64,000 nt of DNA from Longimicrobiales bacterium. Its GTDB lineage: Bacteria > Gemmatimonadota > Gemmatimonadetes > Longimicrobiales > Gaopeijiaceae. This document shows positions 48,296-58,588 of the stretch, piece after piece (position 1 is the first letter of the stretch; each line of letters begins with the position of its first letter). Location: assembly GCA_963664435.2 (NCBI GenBank), contig CAXXKM010000003.1, positions 1-64,000 on the forward strand. Reading direction: 5' to 3'. The notes beneath the pieces were generated by a model. That model saw only the letters and a list, made by a program, of their open reading frames with translations, was not told the origin of the DNA and did no database searches. The position numbers were made by a program, and so were the translations under genes.

Positions 48296-49147
48296 ATGTA
48301 TGTCATGAAGAGAACCATCGCCACGACTCACCGTGACCGGCACGGCGATGTGATCACGCGTGAAGCGCTTGAGGATATGGCCGAGCAAGCGTCTCGGCGC
48401 TGCATCCCCCTGATGTACGAGCATGACCCACGCTTTCCTCCGGTGGGCCGCACGCTGTCGGCTGAGGTGGTTCGGTTGCCAGACGGCCACCATGCTCTCG
48501 TTGCGACATCGGAGATGTTCGAGCCGGGCGACGTAGCGCCTCCCTTTGAGGGAGGTCCATCGATTGAGCTGGGCAAGCTGGCAGATGGGATCAATCTCGT
48601 AGTGGACCGCAGCCATCTCGACGAATCCAACCGAGAGGTTCTTGCCGAACTCGCGGCGCAGGGCGTGACGATTGAACGCTACGCCAAGAAGTCGCTTGAA
48701 CCAATCAGCGTGCTCGTGCTGGCGTTCGCAATCATGGCGCACGGCTTCTTCGGAAAGATGGGGGCCGACCTTTGGGACGCGGTTCGTGATGCTGATTGGT
48801 CTGCCGTCTGGACTCGCGTCCGCAAGCTCTTGAGCCATCGGCGCCGAACAGGAAGCGAGTTCCTGTTCGTGCTTGAACTGCGCCTCCGCGACGATCCGCA
48901 CCCACTGGCGTTGAGCGTCATTCTTGACAGCCCTACCGATGAGGAGCTGGATGACTTCATGGTCAGCGGCGAGCCATTGATTCGTGAAATGATCCCGCAT
49001 CTTCTGGCACTCGGCGACGAGGTTACCAAGGCGGTGGTGCGATACGAACGTGGAGAGCTGCGACCCGGATACGTGATCCGTAGCGACGGGTACCCAGGCC
49101 AACTCGAAAGGATCAATCCGGAAGAGTTAGCCAGCGGGCTATCATAA
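48296..49147 (+). CDS. Hypothetical protein with a prohead-protease-like N-terminus
   Basis: DRHGDVITREAL...IPLMYEHD...PVGR; RBS GGGGAG. Confidence 0.7.
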   Translation: MYVMKRTIATTHRDRHGDVITREALEDMAEQASRRCIPLMYEHDPRFPPVGRTLSAEVVRLPDGHHALVATSEMFEPGDVAPPFEGGPSIELGKLADGINLVVDRSHLDESNREVLAELAAQGVTIERYAKKSLEPISVLVLAFAIMAHGFFGKMGADLWDAVRDADWSAVWTRVRKLLSHRRRTGSEFLFVLELRLRDDPHPLALSVILDSPTDEELDDFMVSGEPLIREMIPHLLALGDEVTKAVVRYERGELRPGYVIRSDGYPGQLERINPEELASGLS

Positions 49148-49448
49148 GGCGGCGGGACTCTCGCTCCCGGCGCGTCTTCGCACCTACAGGTTTCCGAGTT
49201 CCCAGCCGAGCAGTTCGCGCGTCTCATGGTCCAAGTCTCTGAGGACGTCGGGACCCAGCCCTACCACGACGCGCCGCAGCCTCCGATTCAACTCCTCGGC
49301 CTCGGCCTCGACCTTGGGCGGCTCGTCAAGCTCCCGGCCGAGCCTTTCCAAAGCGATGATCGGTGAATGCTCGCACGCCCAACGGGTCGCGGGCGATCCA
49401 AGAGGCTAGCCCAACCTCACCTGTTTCCAAGGGGTGAGACTACTCATT

Positions 49449-49667
49449 TTACAGCCTGCTGTATTGGTATGCTCCCTTGATGTTCTCGTTGAGATATTCT
49501 CCCTTCGACTCGGCCTGTCGGAACTCATCAAATCGCCACTCCTCCACGTCGTAGTAAACGTATGTGGCTCCAGACTTCAAGAAGCGCACATGAACCTGCT
49601 GAGTATCGACATCGTATCCAATGGCTTCAATGTTGGATGAATCCACATAGTGCATATCGATCATCAT
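49449..49667 (-). CDS. KTSC domain protein
   Basis: VDSSNIEAIGYD...F..G..Y.Y..V...AESKG.Y.N..IKG.Y signature. Confidence 0.92.
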   Translation of the reverse strand: MMIDMHYVDSSNIEAIGYDVDTQQVHVRFLKSGATYVYYDVEEWRFDEFRQAESKGEYLNENIKGAYQYSRL

Positions 49668-51529
49668 TCCTGCTCCTGTTTCTGTTTAGCGGGGTCGTGA
49701 TTTCCATTCGGCACGCTCTGCGCCCTCCATCCTGCGACCGCATCCGAATATAGCGAGGACTCAGGCCGTACGCCCTTTTGCCACACGTCGGGAAGTGCCG
49801 GATCATCTCCGATCGGCTTGTGTCGCGCGCGGCGAATCCGCACTCGTGACGGGATTGCCATCACCGCACCAACAAAGATGCCTTCACCAGTTCTCAACGA
49901 CGGAAGCTGTTCTGCAAGACCACCCAACTCATCGGGCAGCGCACCGGCCACGATGCCCTTGTCAGCACGATTGGTCGTACGCAGTGCTACCATTGACCCG
50001 CACTGACTCAGCGCAGAACGTGCTATTTCGGACGGCCGCTGCGTGACCAACAAGAGACCGGTGCCGTATTTCCTCCCCTCCTTAGCGATCATCGATACGG
50101 TCCGATGGGCTGGCGAGTCTTTCCCTCGTGGTACAAACAAGTGAGCTTCGTCTAGGACGATTAGCAACGGCTGCTCCCGACCACCGATCGGGAGACTCTG
50201 CGCCCAGAACAGCACGTCGTACACGATTCGAAGAACGGTACCGACAACTGTCGGTAACACTTCTGAAGGCAATCCGGATACGTCGAGTACCGTGATCGGC
50301 CGATCATGGCCGACCCAGCCTGCAACCAACGCATCGATATCGGAGTCCACTTTTCCATCGAGATGGGGCGAGAATCCATCCCCTGGCGCAAAGAGAAAAG
50401 AATACCGACCATCCCGTAACCGGCTTCGCATTAGATCGAGGTGGCGGTCGATGTTGCGCTTTTTTTGATTCATGTACGGCGGTTTGTTGTACGGGGTAAC
50501 CGCTGGGTATACATCGGGTGTCAGCGTCTCCGCGTCGCCAGTCGTCTCTGGTGGGTATGCGTTCTCATCGGATTGGTTGCTCGACTTGGGGAAAGTCATC
50601 CGCTCGAATCTATCAAGCTCATACCATAGCCTCTTGATGCTGAAGGGTATCGGCGAGTCGGCAGTCAGAGCCTCCACGGGAGGTGGTTCATGCAAGTAGC
50701 GTGACGCTTGGGTTTTCAGAGCAAGCACCGCGTCTCTGACAGAAACCTCGTGGTTCGGCTGGAGATCTCCGAGGGTCAACATCTGAAGTTCGCGAAAAGG
50801 CAGGGCCCAAAACGGGACCCAAAGCGGCTGTTCATCCGTGCCTGCCTCAGCCCCCACGCGAAACACTTTCGCGTGGTTCTCCAGTGCAGCGCCGTATTCT
50901 CCGTGAGGATCAATAACGAGGGCTCGCGCTCTCGGCAGCCTGCTGTCCGCTAGAGCTTCGAGCAGGACAGAAACGAGATTAGACTTGCCAGCACCTGTGG
51001 AACCCACTACAGCGCAGTGGCGACTCACAAGGCCGGCGATGTCGATACCCGCCGAGATGTTAGCCGTACCAGCGATGGTACCGACCGAGATTCCACCGTG
51101 TTCCATACCGGTAGAGCCATAGATGAGTCTGGCATCGCTGTTGGTTACAACGTGAACTTCATCACCGACAGTGGGGTATTGACTCACACCTCTTTCGAAA
51201 TCACCACCGATGGCTTCGCCGAACAACATTACCGTCATCCATCGGTAGCCCATGAGTATTGGGTCAATCGCCTCGTCAGCGATGCGTTCGTTGGAAAAAG
51301 CATTGGCAATGCTGGCTGGCATCGCGTCGGCACCCGTTTGTGTGCACACAGCATAGATGTCGGTGTACCCGATCGGTAAGCGAACGAACCCGCCGACTTG
51401 ACCCACGCGATACGACTCTCCACCGATGAGCAAAAGGGTGGATGGCATGTCGTCACGCAAACGGACACGAACGGTCGCGCCCGTGACAGACGCGACACGC
51501 CCGATGTATGTAGGCTCAGTGCGTGACAT
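49664..51529 (-). CDS. herA: HerA/DUF87 ATPase
   Basis: HAS-barrel N-terminus, GSTGAGKS, IDPHGEY, LDEAH, KEGRKYG and TQRPSE motifs. Confidence 0.92.
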   Translation of the reverse strand: MSRTEPTYIGRVASVTGATVRVRLRDDMPSTLLLIGGESYRVGQVGGFVRLPIGYTDIYAVCTQTGADAMPASIANAFSNERIADEAIDPILMGYRWMTVMLFGEAIGGDFERGVSQYPTVGDEVHVVTNSDARLIYGSTGMEHGGISVGTIAGTANISAGIDIAGLVSRHCAVVGSTGAGKSNLVSVLLEALADSRLPRARALVIDPHGEYGAALENHAKVFRVGAEAGTDEQPLWVPFWALPFRELQMLTLGDLQPNHEVSVRDAVLALKTQASRYLHEPPPVEALTADSPIPFSIKRLWYELDRFERMTFPKSSNQSDENAYPPETTGDAETLTPDVYPAVTPYNKPPYMNQKKRNIDRHLDLMRSRLRDGRYSFLFAPGDGFSPHLDGKVDSDIDALVAGWVGHDRPITVLDVSGLPSEVLPTVVGTVLRIVYDVLFWAQSLPIGGREQPLLIVLDEAHLFVPRGKDSPAHRTVSMIAKEGRKYGTGLLLVTQRPSEIARSALSQCGSMVALRTTNRADKGIVAGALPDELGGLAEQLPSLRTGEGIFVGAVMAIPSRVRIRRARHKPIGDDPALPDVWQKGVRPESSLYSDAVAGWRAQSVPNGNHDPAKQKQEQE

Positions 51530-51530
51530 C

Positions 51531-52709
51531 TCAATCTCTCTCGGTCATGGATTCAATGAACTGACAGAAAACGGCAAAATCGCCGATGCTTACCTCGACG
51601 TCGTCTTGCTCATCGCCATTTCCACGGGACCGGATGACATTGCCGAGTACCGCGGGGACGTTGCTTGCGTACCAAGGGAGGCGGCGTCCACTGATCACGG
51701 CGGTCTTCGGTCCGATAACGAGAATGTTGCGATGCTGTTTTGCTCGCTTGGTCAGATCGCTATCCGGCGGTTCTTCCCTAAACTGGAGTGCGTAGATGTG
51801 AGTTCGCGGGTGGTTCTCCAATGCCCGGAACAGCAGGTCATTGATATGTTCATCGCCGAAACTGAAACCGGAGATGATCAACACTGCATCCTGCTGTCCC
51901 AAGAACCAAGCCAGTCGGTCGCGGAATGCGACATATGGTTGTTGTCGCGACTGTTCGTATTTCTGAAGAGAGGGGTAAATCATCTCCCCGTCCGACTCAG
52001 GGTTGCCGCGCACGATGTCGGACCGACCACCGCGATCTTCCCGCCGCCACGTTACCGATCCATGCATTTTCCACAATCTGGACCAAGTCGCACCTGGCTG
52101 CGACTCCGGGAGTTGAAGGCTCTCAGGATAGAAAAAGGGCCGGTAACTGCCTACGAATCCATCATGCAATGGAACACGCTCAACCTCCATGCCGTGCTCG
52201 ATCAGCACATCATAGTTGACGGTAAACACTTCTACCGGCCTGTGGTGCGATGAACGAGAGATCCATCTCGCAAACTGGCGATGCGGAAAGTGCTCAGGGA
52301 CGGAAGCCATCTCTGGGTTTACAGTCGTGGCAATAGTTGCCCGCGTCGTGGCATCTAGCTCCTTCAGTTGTGCTCGGTCTAGTCCCGAGAGCTCATCGGA
52401 ATCACGCATTGCAGCAATCATCGTGCGAAGACGCGACAGAATGTCCTCGACATTGGCCTTTCGCGTCTCCGTATCACAGCTGCTGGCGATGGAGTCCCAC
52501 GCCGCAAGGAACTCGTCACCCAAAGCCTGGGCCGCGTCTCTGCACTGGCCAGTCAGCTCTTCGACGGCTGGAATGAGCGGATCGTTATCGATGCGGATGC
52601 TGCATGATGTGCCCGCGCCAAAGAAGAAGGCGATGGGCTTGTCGTGGAGTGCCAAGTGGTTGCGGAGTTCGTCTAGCGTCTTGACGGGATCGTGTGTTCG
52701 ATTGGACAT
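51531..52709 (-). CDS. SIR2-like (SIR2_2) protein
   Basis: FFGAGTS, FTVNYD, KMHGS and GFSFGDEHIN motifs. Confidence 0.9.
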   Translation of the reverse strand: MSNRTHDPVKTLDELRNHLALHDKPIAFFFGAGTSCSIRIDNDPLIPAVEELTGQCRDAAQALGDEFLAAWDSIASSCDTETRKANVEDILSRLRTMIAAMRDSDELSGLDRAQLKELDATTRATIATTVNPEMASVPEHFPHRQFARWISRSSHHRPVEVFTVNYDVLIEHGMEVERVPLHDGFVGSYRPFFYPESLQLPESQPGATWSRLWKMHGSVTWRREDRGGRSDIVRGNPESDGEMIYPSLQKYEQSRQQPYVAFRDRLAWFLGQQDAVLIISGFSFGDEHINDLLFRALENHPRTHIYALQFREEPPDSDLTKRAKQHRNILVIGPKTAVISGRRLPWYASNVPAVLGNVIRSRGNGDEQDDVEVSIGDFAVFCQFIESMTERD

Positions 52710-52796
52710 AGTGATTGACAGGTTGGGTCGGTTGGAGTGTCTGTTATCAGACTTGCCGGTAGGGTAGCCTGGTTGTAGTGCGTGTGGGCATTGCGA

Positions 52797-55595
52797 TCAG
52801 CCATTGGCATCGAGTGCGGATGTGGAGCGCGAAAAGCCGGAGCGTCGCGTTACGATGCGAACCCGACCCCCTAGATCCAGATCCCGGAGGGCTTGAGTCA
52901 GTTCAGCCTCAAGGCTCCGAACCCTCTCGGGGCTGACGGTCGCCGACAGTTCAATGCCGACCCTGAGGTTGTCCAAGGGCCGAAGCTTCGGGAGAATCCT
53001 AATCCCGAGCCGGTTCCAGACTTCCGCGGGTATCGTTCCGAGAACCTGAAGGACCGCCCTCGACTCCTCAGTGGGGGTTGGCGTTGGATCCGACTCGGGC
53101 TCTGCTCCGGTGTCGCCGGGCTGTGGCTCGCGAGGCGGCGGGTCCGGCTCGGGCGGGGTTGTCAGGGCCTCGGACTGCCTCTTGGTGAGGAGAAACACAT
53201 CCGGATCGAACGTGATCTCCTCCTGCCTGATCGGCTCCGCATACCAGAATCGGCCGTAGCCTCCATCGGGCCGGGCACCGGACGCCAAACCGAACTCGCC
53301 CGCGGCCACGAGCGCGGCGATCTGCCGCCGAAGGACCTTCTCTGGATCGCTCAGCCGCGTCAGCGAACCATCGAGGAAGCTCTGGCGCAGGCTTCTGAGC
53401 GGCCACGCCCCGGAATCCGTGAACGCGGGCGGCCAATGGCGGTCGATGTAACCAGCTCCGACCGACTCGTTGAGAAGTGCCTCGGCCTTCATGGCGCTCG
53501 TAATGCGACCGCAAAGGGTCTGGCTTCCGCTGGAATGGCCCGCGCCCAAGTCGATGACCCTGAGGCCCGTCTCCTCGCTGTTGTCGGACAGCACGGCGAA
53601 ACGGTAGCTCGCCCAAACCTCGTCCCTGGCGGCCTCTTCCGAGTCTCTGACCATGGTGGCCACGCCCGCGCGATCCGCGCGGTCGAAGTCCGCGCCCAGC
53701 ACACCCTGCGCCACCTCGGTGGCGACTCGCTGCCACGCTAGCCAAAGCTCCACCTTGTCGGTCAGTTCCCGCCCAGGCTTTCTGACGCACCAAACGAGCG
53801 ATGCGGGATAAAGCCGATCCGAGGTGCCGCGCCTTCTGGTCCACTCGGCGATTCGTCCGGTCGCCGCCCCGGCGTCCGTCCAATCCGTCTCCGGGTCGCA
53901 CAGCACGAGCGAAAGGTTCGGCGTGTCCGGAATGTCCATCGCGGTGCCGGGGAAGGGGACGAGGGGCAACATGGCTCCTCGCGCGAATTCCGCCTCGACG
54001 AGCTTACGGACGGCCGGTCTGATCTCCGTCTCCTCGTCCAGCGAAGCGCGGCGGTCGCTGACCACCTTCCTCAGGGTTGCTTGGTGATGGATGCGGTATC
54101 CGTCCGTCCCCACGCTGCGGACGAAGAACCCGGCCGCCTCCAAGGCGGCTGCCGCGTTGTCCACGGTCGTGGTGTCGATCTCTGGTTCTCCGAGCGCGAA
54201 CCGCAATTCGGGAAGGTGGGCAACTTTGTCCACCTGACCGCCGGACGACTCGAAGAGGATGGCCGTGCCTGTGCGTCGATGGATGTCGCGCAGCGCACCC
54301 CTGGCGTCCGCGTCCAGTGCTCGCGCGTGTGCCTGTTGTCCAGCCAAGTCGGCCTCGATTGCCGCGTCGAGGCGCGACTCCCCCAACTGGCCCAGCACTA
54401 CCGCGCGGAACTCGGGCACATGCATCGGAGCGGACCCCAGCGTGATCAGCGGCTCGGTGCGCGCCTTTCGAAAGTGTTCGCGCGCGGCCCACGATACCCA
54501 CTGGGCGAGCATCGCTAGCGCACCCCGGGTCTGCTGAAACTGCGGCAGCGCCCGCCATTTCCGCTGAAACACAGAGAGTGTCGCCGGGTGGAACGGGTAG
54601 CAGGCCTCGAACCGGGTGCGGAGGAACTCCCGGGCCTTCGCCTCGGTCGTCGCGGTGTCCACGGCCAGCCATTCGCGCGGGAGACGCGCGGTGCGCTCGA
54701 AACACCAGTTGGCGTAAGTGTTGGCCACCCTCCTGCGGATCCGAACCCCGCCGAGATCCTCGAAGAGCCGCCGCCGCACGACCTCGCTGATCTCCGCCTC
54801 GTCGTTCGCGATCAGGTCGCGCGCAACCCGGCCGACGACCTTGTCGATCTTGGCCTGCCATTGCTGATCCCAGTCCGTCATTTCGACTTGGCTGCGAGGC
54901 AGGCTGATGATCGCGGCCGCGCGGGTGGTCCCAGTGACGGCCACCGTGAGGTTCTGGATGAATGCGTGAAAGCTGTCGGCCATGGCGCGGTGGCGGTTGA
55001 CGAAGTTGAGAACCTCGTCGAACAAAAGCAGAACAGGTGCCCCTGCGGCGGCGAACACGTTGCCCAGAGTCGCAGTCCCGGGGGGCGTGGTCCGCGCAGC
55101 CGCGCCGAGCGCCGCGACGCCGGGCTCGCCCGCCACTTGGCGAGCCAAGTCGATCCATGGCGTCTCCCGGCCTTCAGCCGGATCCCACGCGTTGCCGACG
55201 AACACGCCGACCCGGGCCGAAGGCACGGCCCGGAGCCCCTCCATTTCGAGCAGGCTCTCCACGCCCGGGAACCCGGAGGCCGCCTCGCCGCTGCTGGCCA
55301 AGTGATAGAGTGAAGTCAGGGTGTGGGTCTTCCCGCCGCCGAACTGGGTGATGAGCGTGAGGACCGGCGCGGTGTTCTCCGTCTTGCCCGAGAGCCGGCG
55401 TAGCGCTATGCCGACGTGCTCTGTAAGCGCCCGCGTGAAGCAGGTGCGCGCGAAGAACTGCGCCGGGTCGCTGTAGTCGGGCGGCGCGGTTCCGGCGACC
55501 ACCTGTTCGAGCGCGATGGCGAACTCGTCCGGACTGAAGGAGCGGCCTTCGCGCACTTCTCGGCGCAATGTTGCGACTCTGTACCAAGGATCCAT
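52797..55595 (-). CDS. DUF499 AAA+ ATPase
   Basis: TQFGGGKTH, LLFDE, VVRRRLFE, YPFHP and FQQTRG motifs. Confidence 0.9.
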   Translation of the reverse strand: MDPWYRVATLRREVREGRSFSPDEFAIALEQVVAGTAPPDYSDPAQFFARTCFTRALTEHVGIALRRLSGKTENTAPVLTLITQFGGGKTHTLTSLYHLASSGEAASGFPGVESLLEMEGLRAVPSARVGVFVGNAWDPAEGRETPWIDLARQVAGEPGVAALGAAARTTPPGTATLGNVFAAAGAPVLLLFDEVLNFVNRHRAMADSFHAFIQNLTVAVTGTTRAAAIISLPRSQVEMTDWDQQWQAKIDKVVGRVARDLIANDEAEISEVVRRRLFEDLGGVRIRRRVANTYANWCFERTARLPREWLAVDTATTEAKAREFLRTRFEACYPFHPATLSVFQRKWRALPQFQQTRGALAMLAQWVSWAAREHFRKARTEPLITLGSAPMHVPEFRAVVLGQLGESRLDAAIEADLAGQQAHARALDADARGALRDIHRRTGTAILFESSGGQVDKVAHLPELRFALGEPEIDTTTVDNAAAALEAAGFFVRSVGTDGYRIHHQATLRKVVSDRRASLDEETEIRPAVRKLVEAEFARGAMLPLVPFPGTAMDIPDTPNLSLVLCDPETDWTDAGAATGRIAEWTRRRGTSDRLYPASLVWCVRKPGRELTDKVELWLAWQRVATEVAQGVLGADFDRADRAGVATMVRDSEEAARDEVWASYRFAVLSDNSEETGLRVIDLGAGHSSGSQTLCGRITSAMKAEALLNESVGAGYIDRHWPPAFTDSGAWPLRSLRQSFLDGSLTRLSDPEKVLRRQIAALVAAGEFGLASGARPDGGYGRFWYAEPIRQEEITFDPDVFLLTKRQSEALTTPPEPDPPPREPQPGDTGAEPESDPTPTPTEESRAVLQVLGTIPAEVWNRLGIRILPKLRPLDNLRVGIELSATVSPERVRSLEAELTQALRDLDLGGRVRIVTRRSGFSRSTSALDANG

Positions 55596-55739
55596 TCTCG
55601 ACTGCCCTCAAGGCTCGCGCATGTCTGTGCTACCAATCACGGGCGGATGGTTTCAGCACTGCGGTTCGCTGGGGATGGGGTTCGGGCGGCGGGGCCTCCG
55701 GCGACCTGCAAGTAAGCTCGACGACTCGTCTCCGGGATG

Positions 55740-58505
55740 TCAACGCGGGACGGCCAGGATCATCGCGTCCAGAAGGCGCTTCTCGCGGCTCCAGCGGGGA
55801 TAGAGGGCGGAGAGCGCGTTGGCCAGCCGCAAGAAGGCGGGTCCCCGATCCTGTTCGGCCGCGATCAACTTCCTGAGCGCGTTCGCGTGACCGGTTGCCT
55901 GAAGGAGCATGCCCGCATGGACACGATCGAGCGTGGTCGCGCCGGACCGCTCCAACGCGTCGTCAGAATCAAGGATCGATCTGGCCCCGCGACGACGGCG
56001 TGGACTCGGTGTCGCCGTGGTTTCCCAATCGGGGAAGAGAGCCGGTTGCAGGTCCGCCTGCGGATCCCTTTCGATCCAGTCGGCCGCCGCGTCCGCGCCG
56101 TCCCGGCCGAACAGCTCATCGGCTCGCTCCGACACGGGTAGGAGGCGCACGACACCCTTTTCTTGGCCAATCACCCGACCGGTCCATCGGTCGAGTCCGA
56201 TGCCCATAGGCTGCGAGAACCGTCGCACCACGTCGTAAGGAAGTTTGAGCCCTTGCGCGGCCGCCTTGGCCGCGGCCCGCTGGGCTTTGGCGTCCTTGGC
56301 CGAATCTTCCTGATCGCCTTCAGTGCTCTGGTACGTCCAGAGAAACAGGGCGGTGAGGCGGGCATCCTCTTCGAGCGTGCCCGCGTCGGCCGTGCCGAGC
56401 ACCTGTTCGAGCGCCGCCCGTCCCACGACCTGCCAGACCTTCTCCAGAAAATGGGGCAGGCCGACCTCATTCCCCTCAGCGGTCTCGACGGCGCGATAGC
56501 GGCTGAACACCTCAAGCGCTGGCCCGACGCAAGCGAAGACCAGGTCGGCACCGCGTATGCCCTCGTCCTGGAGCCGCTTCATCCATGCGGCCACGCGGAC
56601 CGGCAATTCTCGGACGACATCGTACCAGTCACCAACCGGGGCGTCATCTGGGCGTGGGCGGCAAATCAAATGCACGCTGGTTGCCAGTGAAGCTGACTCT
56701 CGCGCTCTGAGGCGCGCTTTCCTTTCGGTCGCGATCGGCCAAGATCCGGTGATTGTCCACCCGCCACGAATCATGCCGGAAAGCAGCGCCTCCCATCCTT
56801 CTGTTGTCTTGTGTGCGAAGACCACGGAGCCGACGCCGTCTTCTCGCAGGACGCGGCGGCCTTCTGCGAAGGCCTTCGCCATGGTCTCCTCGAACCAGTT
56901 ACCATCCTTCCGACATCCGTCGGCATCTCGCCTGGTTTCGTCCTGTACTGCTTCGCCGACCTTCGGGGAGAGAGGGTTTTCGGGATCGAACGGATCCAGG
57001 AGGAGGGGGTGACCTGGCTGCGTCCGCTTGAGCCAGACCAGGAAGAAATCCGACAGATCCGAATAGGGGATTGCATCGTAGTACGGTGGATCCGTAAACC
57101 AAAGAGCGCACGTCTCATCCGGGAGGGAATGGCTCGCCGCGTCAACGTTCTCGGCTTGCCCTTGCCCCCTGACGGCTGCCAATGAGAGTGACGCTTCCGC
57201 AGCTTTGTCGGTCACGTCTGCAAGGCCGCCGGCATAGGGTACCAAAGGGTACATCTCGGGGTAGTCCCAAGACATGGGTAGGGTCTGCATTCCGAATGCC
57301 CCCGCCACGGTTTCGCTCCCCCGGTGCCATTTTGCGAGGACGTTGCTATGGCGCAGTAGCTTGCCCATCGCCAGGGCCAGCAGTCTGGCGACGACTTCGT
57401 GTTCCGACTCCACCGCAGACATCAAGAGAGTGACCAGCACCGCCTTCTGACGCGCCGTAAACAGGTCGCCCCATTGGAGCATGCCGTAGCGCTGGACGCT
57501 GAACGCTCGCCCAGCGCCTGACCCGCCTCCGGCGGGGGTAGGCTCGTCCGGCAGCGGACGGAGTCCCTTTCGGCCGCCGACCTCCCACTCGTCCAGTATC
57601 CGGGCGACCGCCGTCTGTGCCCTGCGCACGGGCGCATAGTCCGCGTCCGTGGGCAGTCGGTAGTGCCGCCATCCCCGCTGGCCCGGACGAAACGTGACGA
57701 CCGCCATCATGCGTGCTCCGCCGATCCGGTTGCCTTCCTCGTCGAAGACTGTGTCGGCGCCGCCCCGCTGGGCTGCCAACTGCGACCGCAGCCGCTCCTT
57801 CGGCATCACCGCGCGACAGCACGGGCACGTTGCCTTCGCGTAGGACACCGTGCCGGGATGAACGTCACCTTTCGTCTCCGGCTCAAAGATCTCGAAGGCG
57901 ATCCGCGGCGAAGTGCCAGCGGCCCGTTCGACCGCGAGCCGTAGCGCACGCTTGCGCTTCGGCTTGCTGCACAGCCAGAAGGATTGCGCCAGCGGAATCT
58001 CGGCACCGCAGTTCGGCGACTCACAGCGCACCGTACGCGCCCACAGGTAGGCTAGCGGCGTCGCGCCGTTGGGCTCGGGCGGGTAAAGGTCGACGAGTCC
58101 CTGCCGAGCCTTCTGCTCGACCGATTTCGCGGCCCGTCGCAAGTCCTCGGCCAGCCCGGGGCCGTAGCGCGGAATATCCTCCAGCATGGCCTTGAGGATC
58201 AAGCACGCCACCGGGTTGAGATCGCTGGCGAAAGCCCCGCATCCGAGCCGAAGGGCCTCGAGCGGAATCGATCCACCACCCGCGAACGGGTCCACCACCA
58301 GCGGTGCTTCGTCTCCGTGTGCAGCCTTTACGAGCGCCTTGGCCGTCTCGATCCACGATTGCTTCGCCGAGTGATCCCAGCTTGCAAAATCGGCGATGAA
58401 CTTGAGGAGGATCCGGCGAAGCCCCTCGTCCGTCCCGAGCTCTGCGGTCCACCCAGAGGGGCGCCCGCCCATGCCGAGCAGAATCCGCCGTGCCTCCTTC
58501 CCGAA
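55740..58505 (-). pseudogene. DUF1156 adenine DNA methyltransferase, 5'-truncated by IS1595
   Basis: DPFAGGGSIPLEA, Zn-ribbon CxxC and TDPPYY motifs. The native N-terminus is replaced by IS sequence from about 58506. Confidence 0.85.
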
Positions 58506-58523
58506 GGGAATTATACGCCTGCC

Positions 58524-58552
58524 TTGACAGCAACCCCGGATCATGTTATTAT
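58524..58552 (+). promoter_or_regulatory. Sigma70-type promoter of the IS1595 transposase
   Basis: TTGACA-17 nt-TATTAT with an extended TG, 36 nt before the ATG. Confidence 0.75.
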
Positions 58553-58588
58553 CAATGTACGCTAAGAGCAACGCAATGAGGGGGTTAC

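Noticed and set aside
49184..49370. Minus-strand protein-like fragment (ALERLGRELDEPP...WELGNL)
   Set aside because: No clear start and no recognisable family. It may be a gene remnant but cannot be supported.
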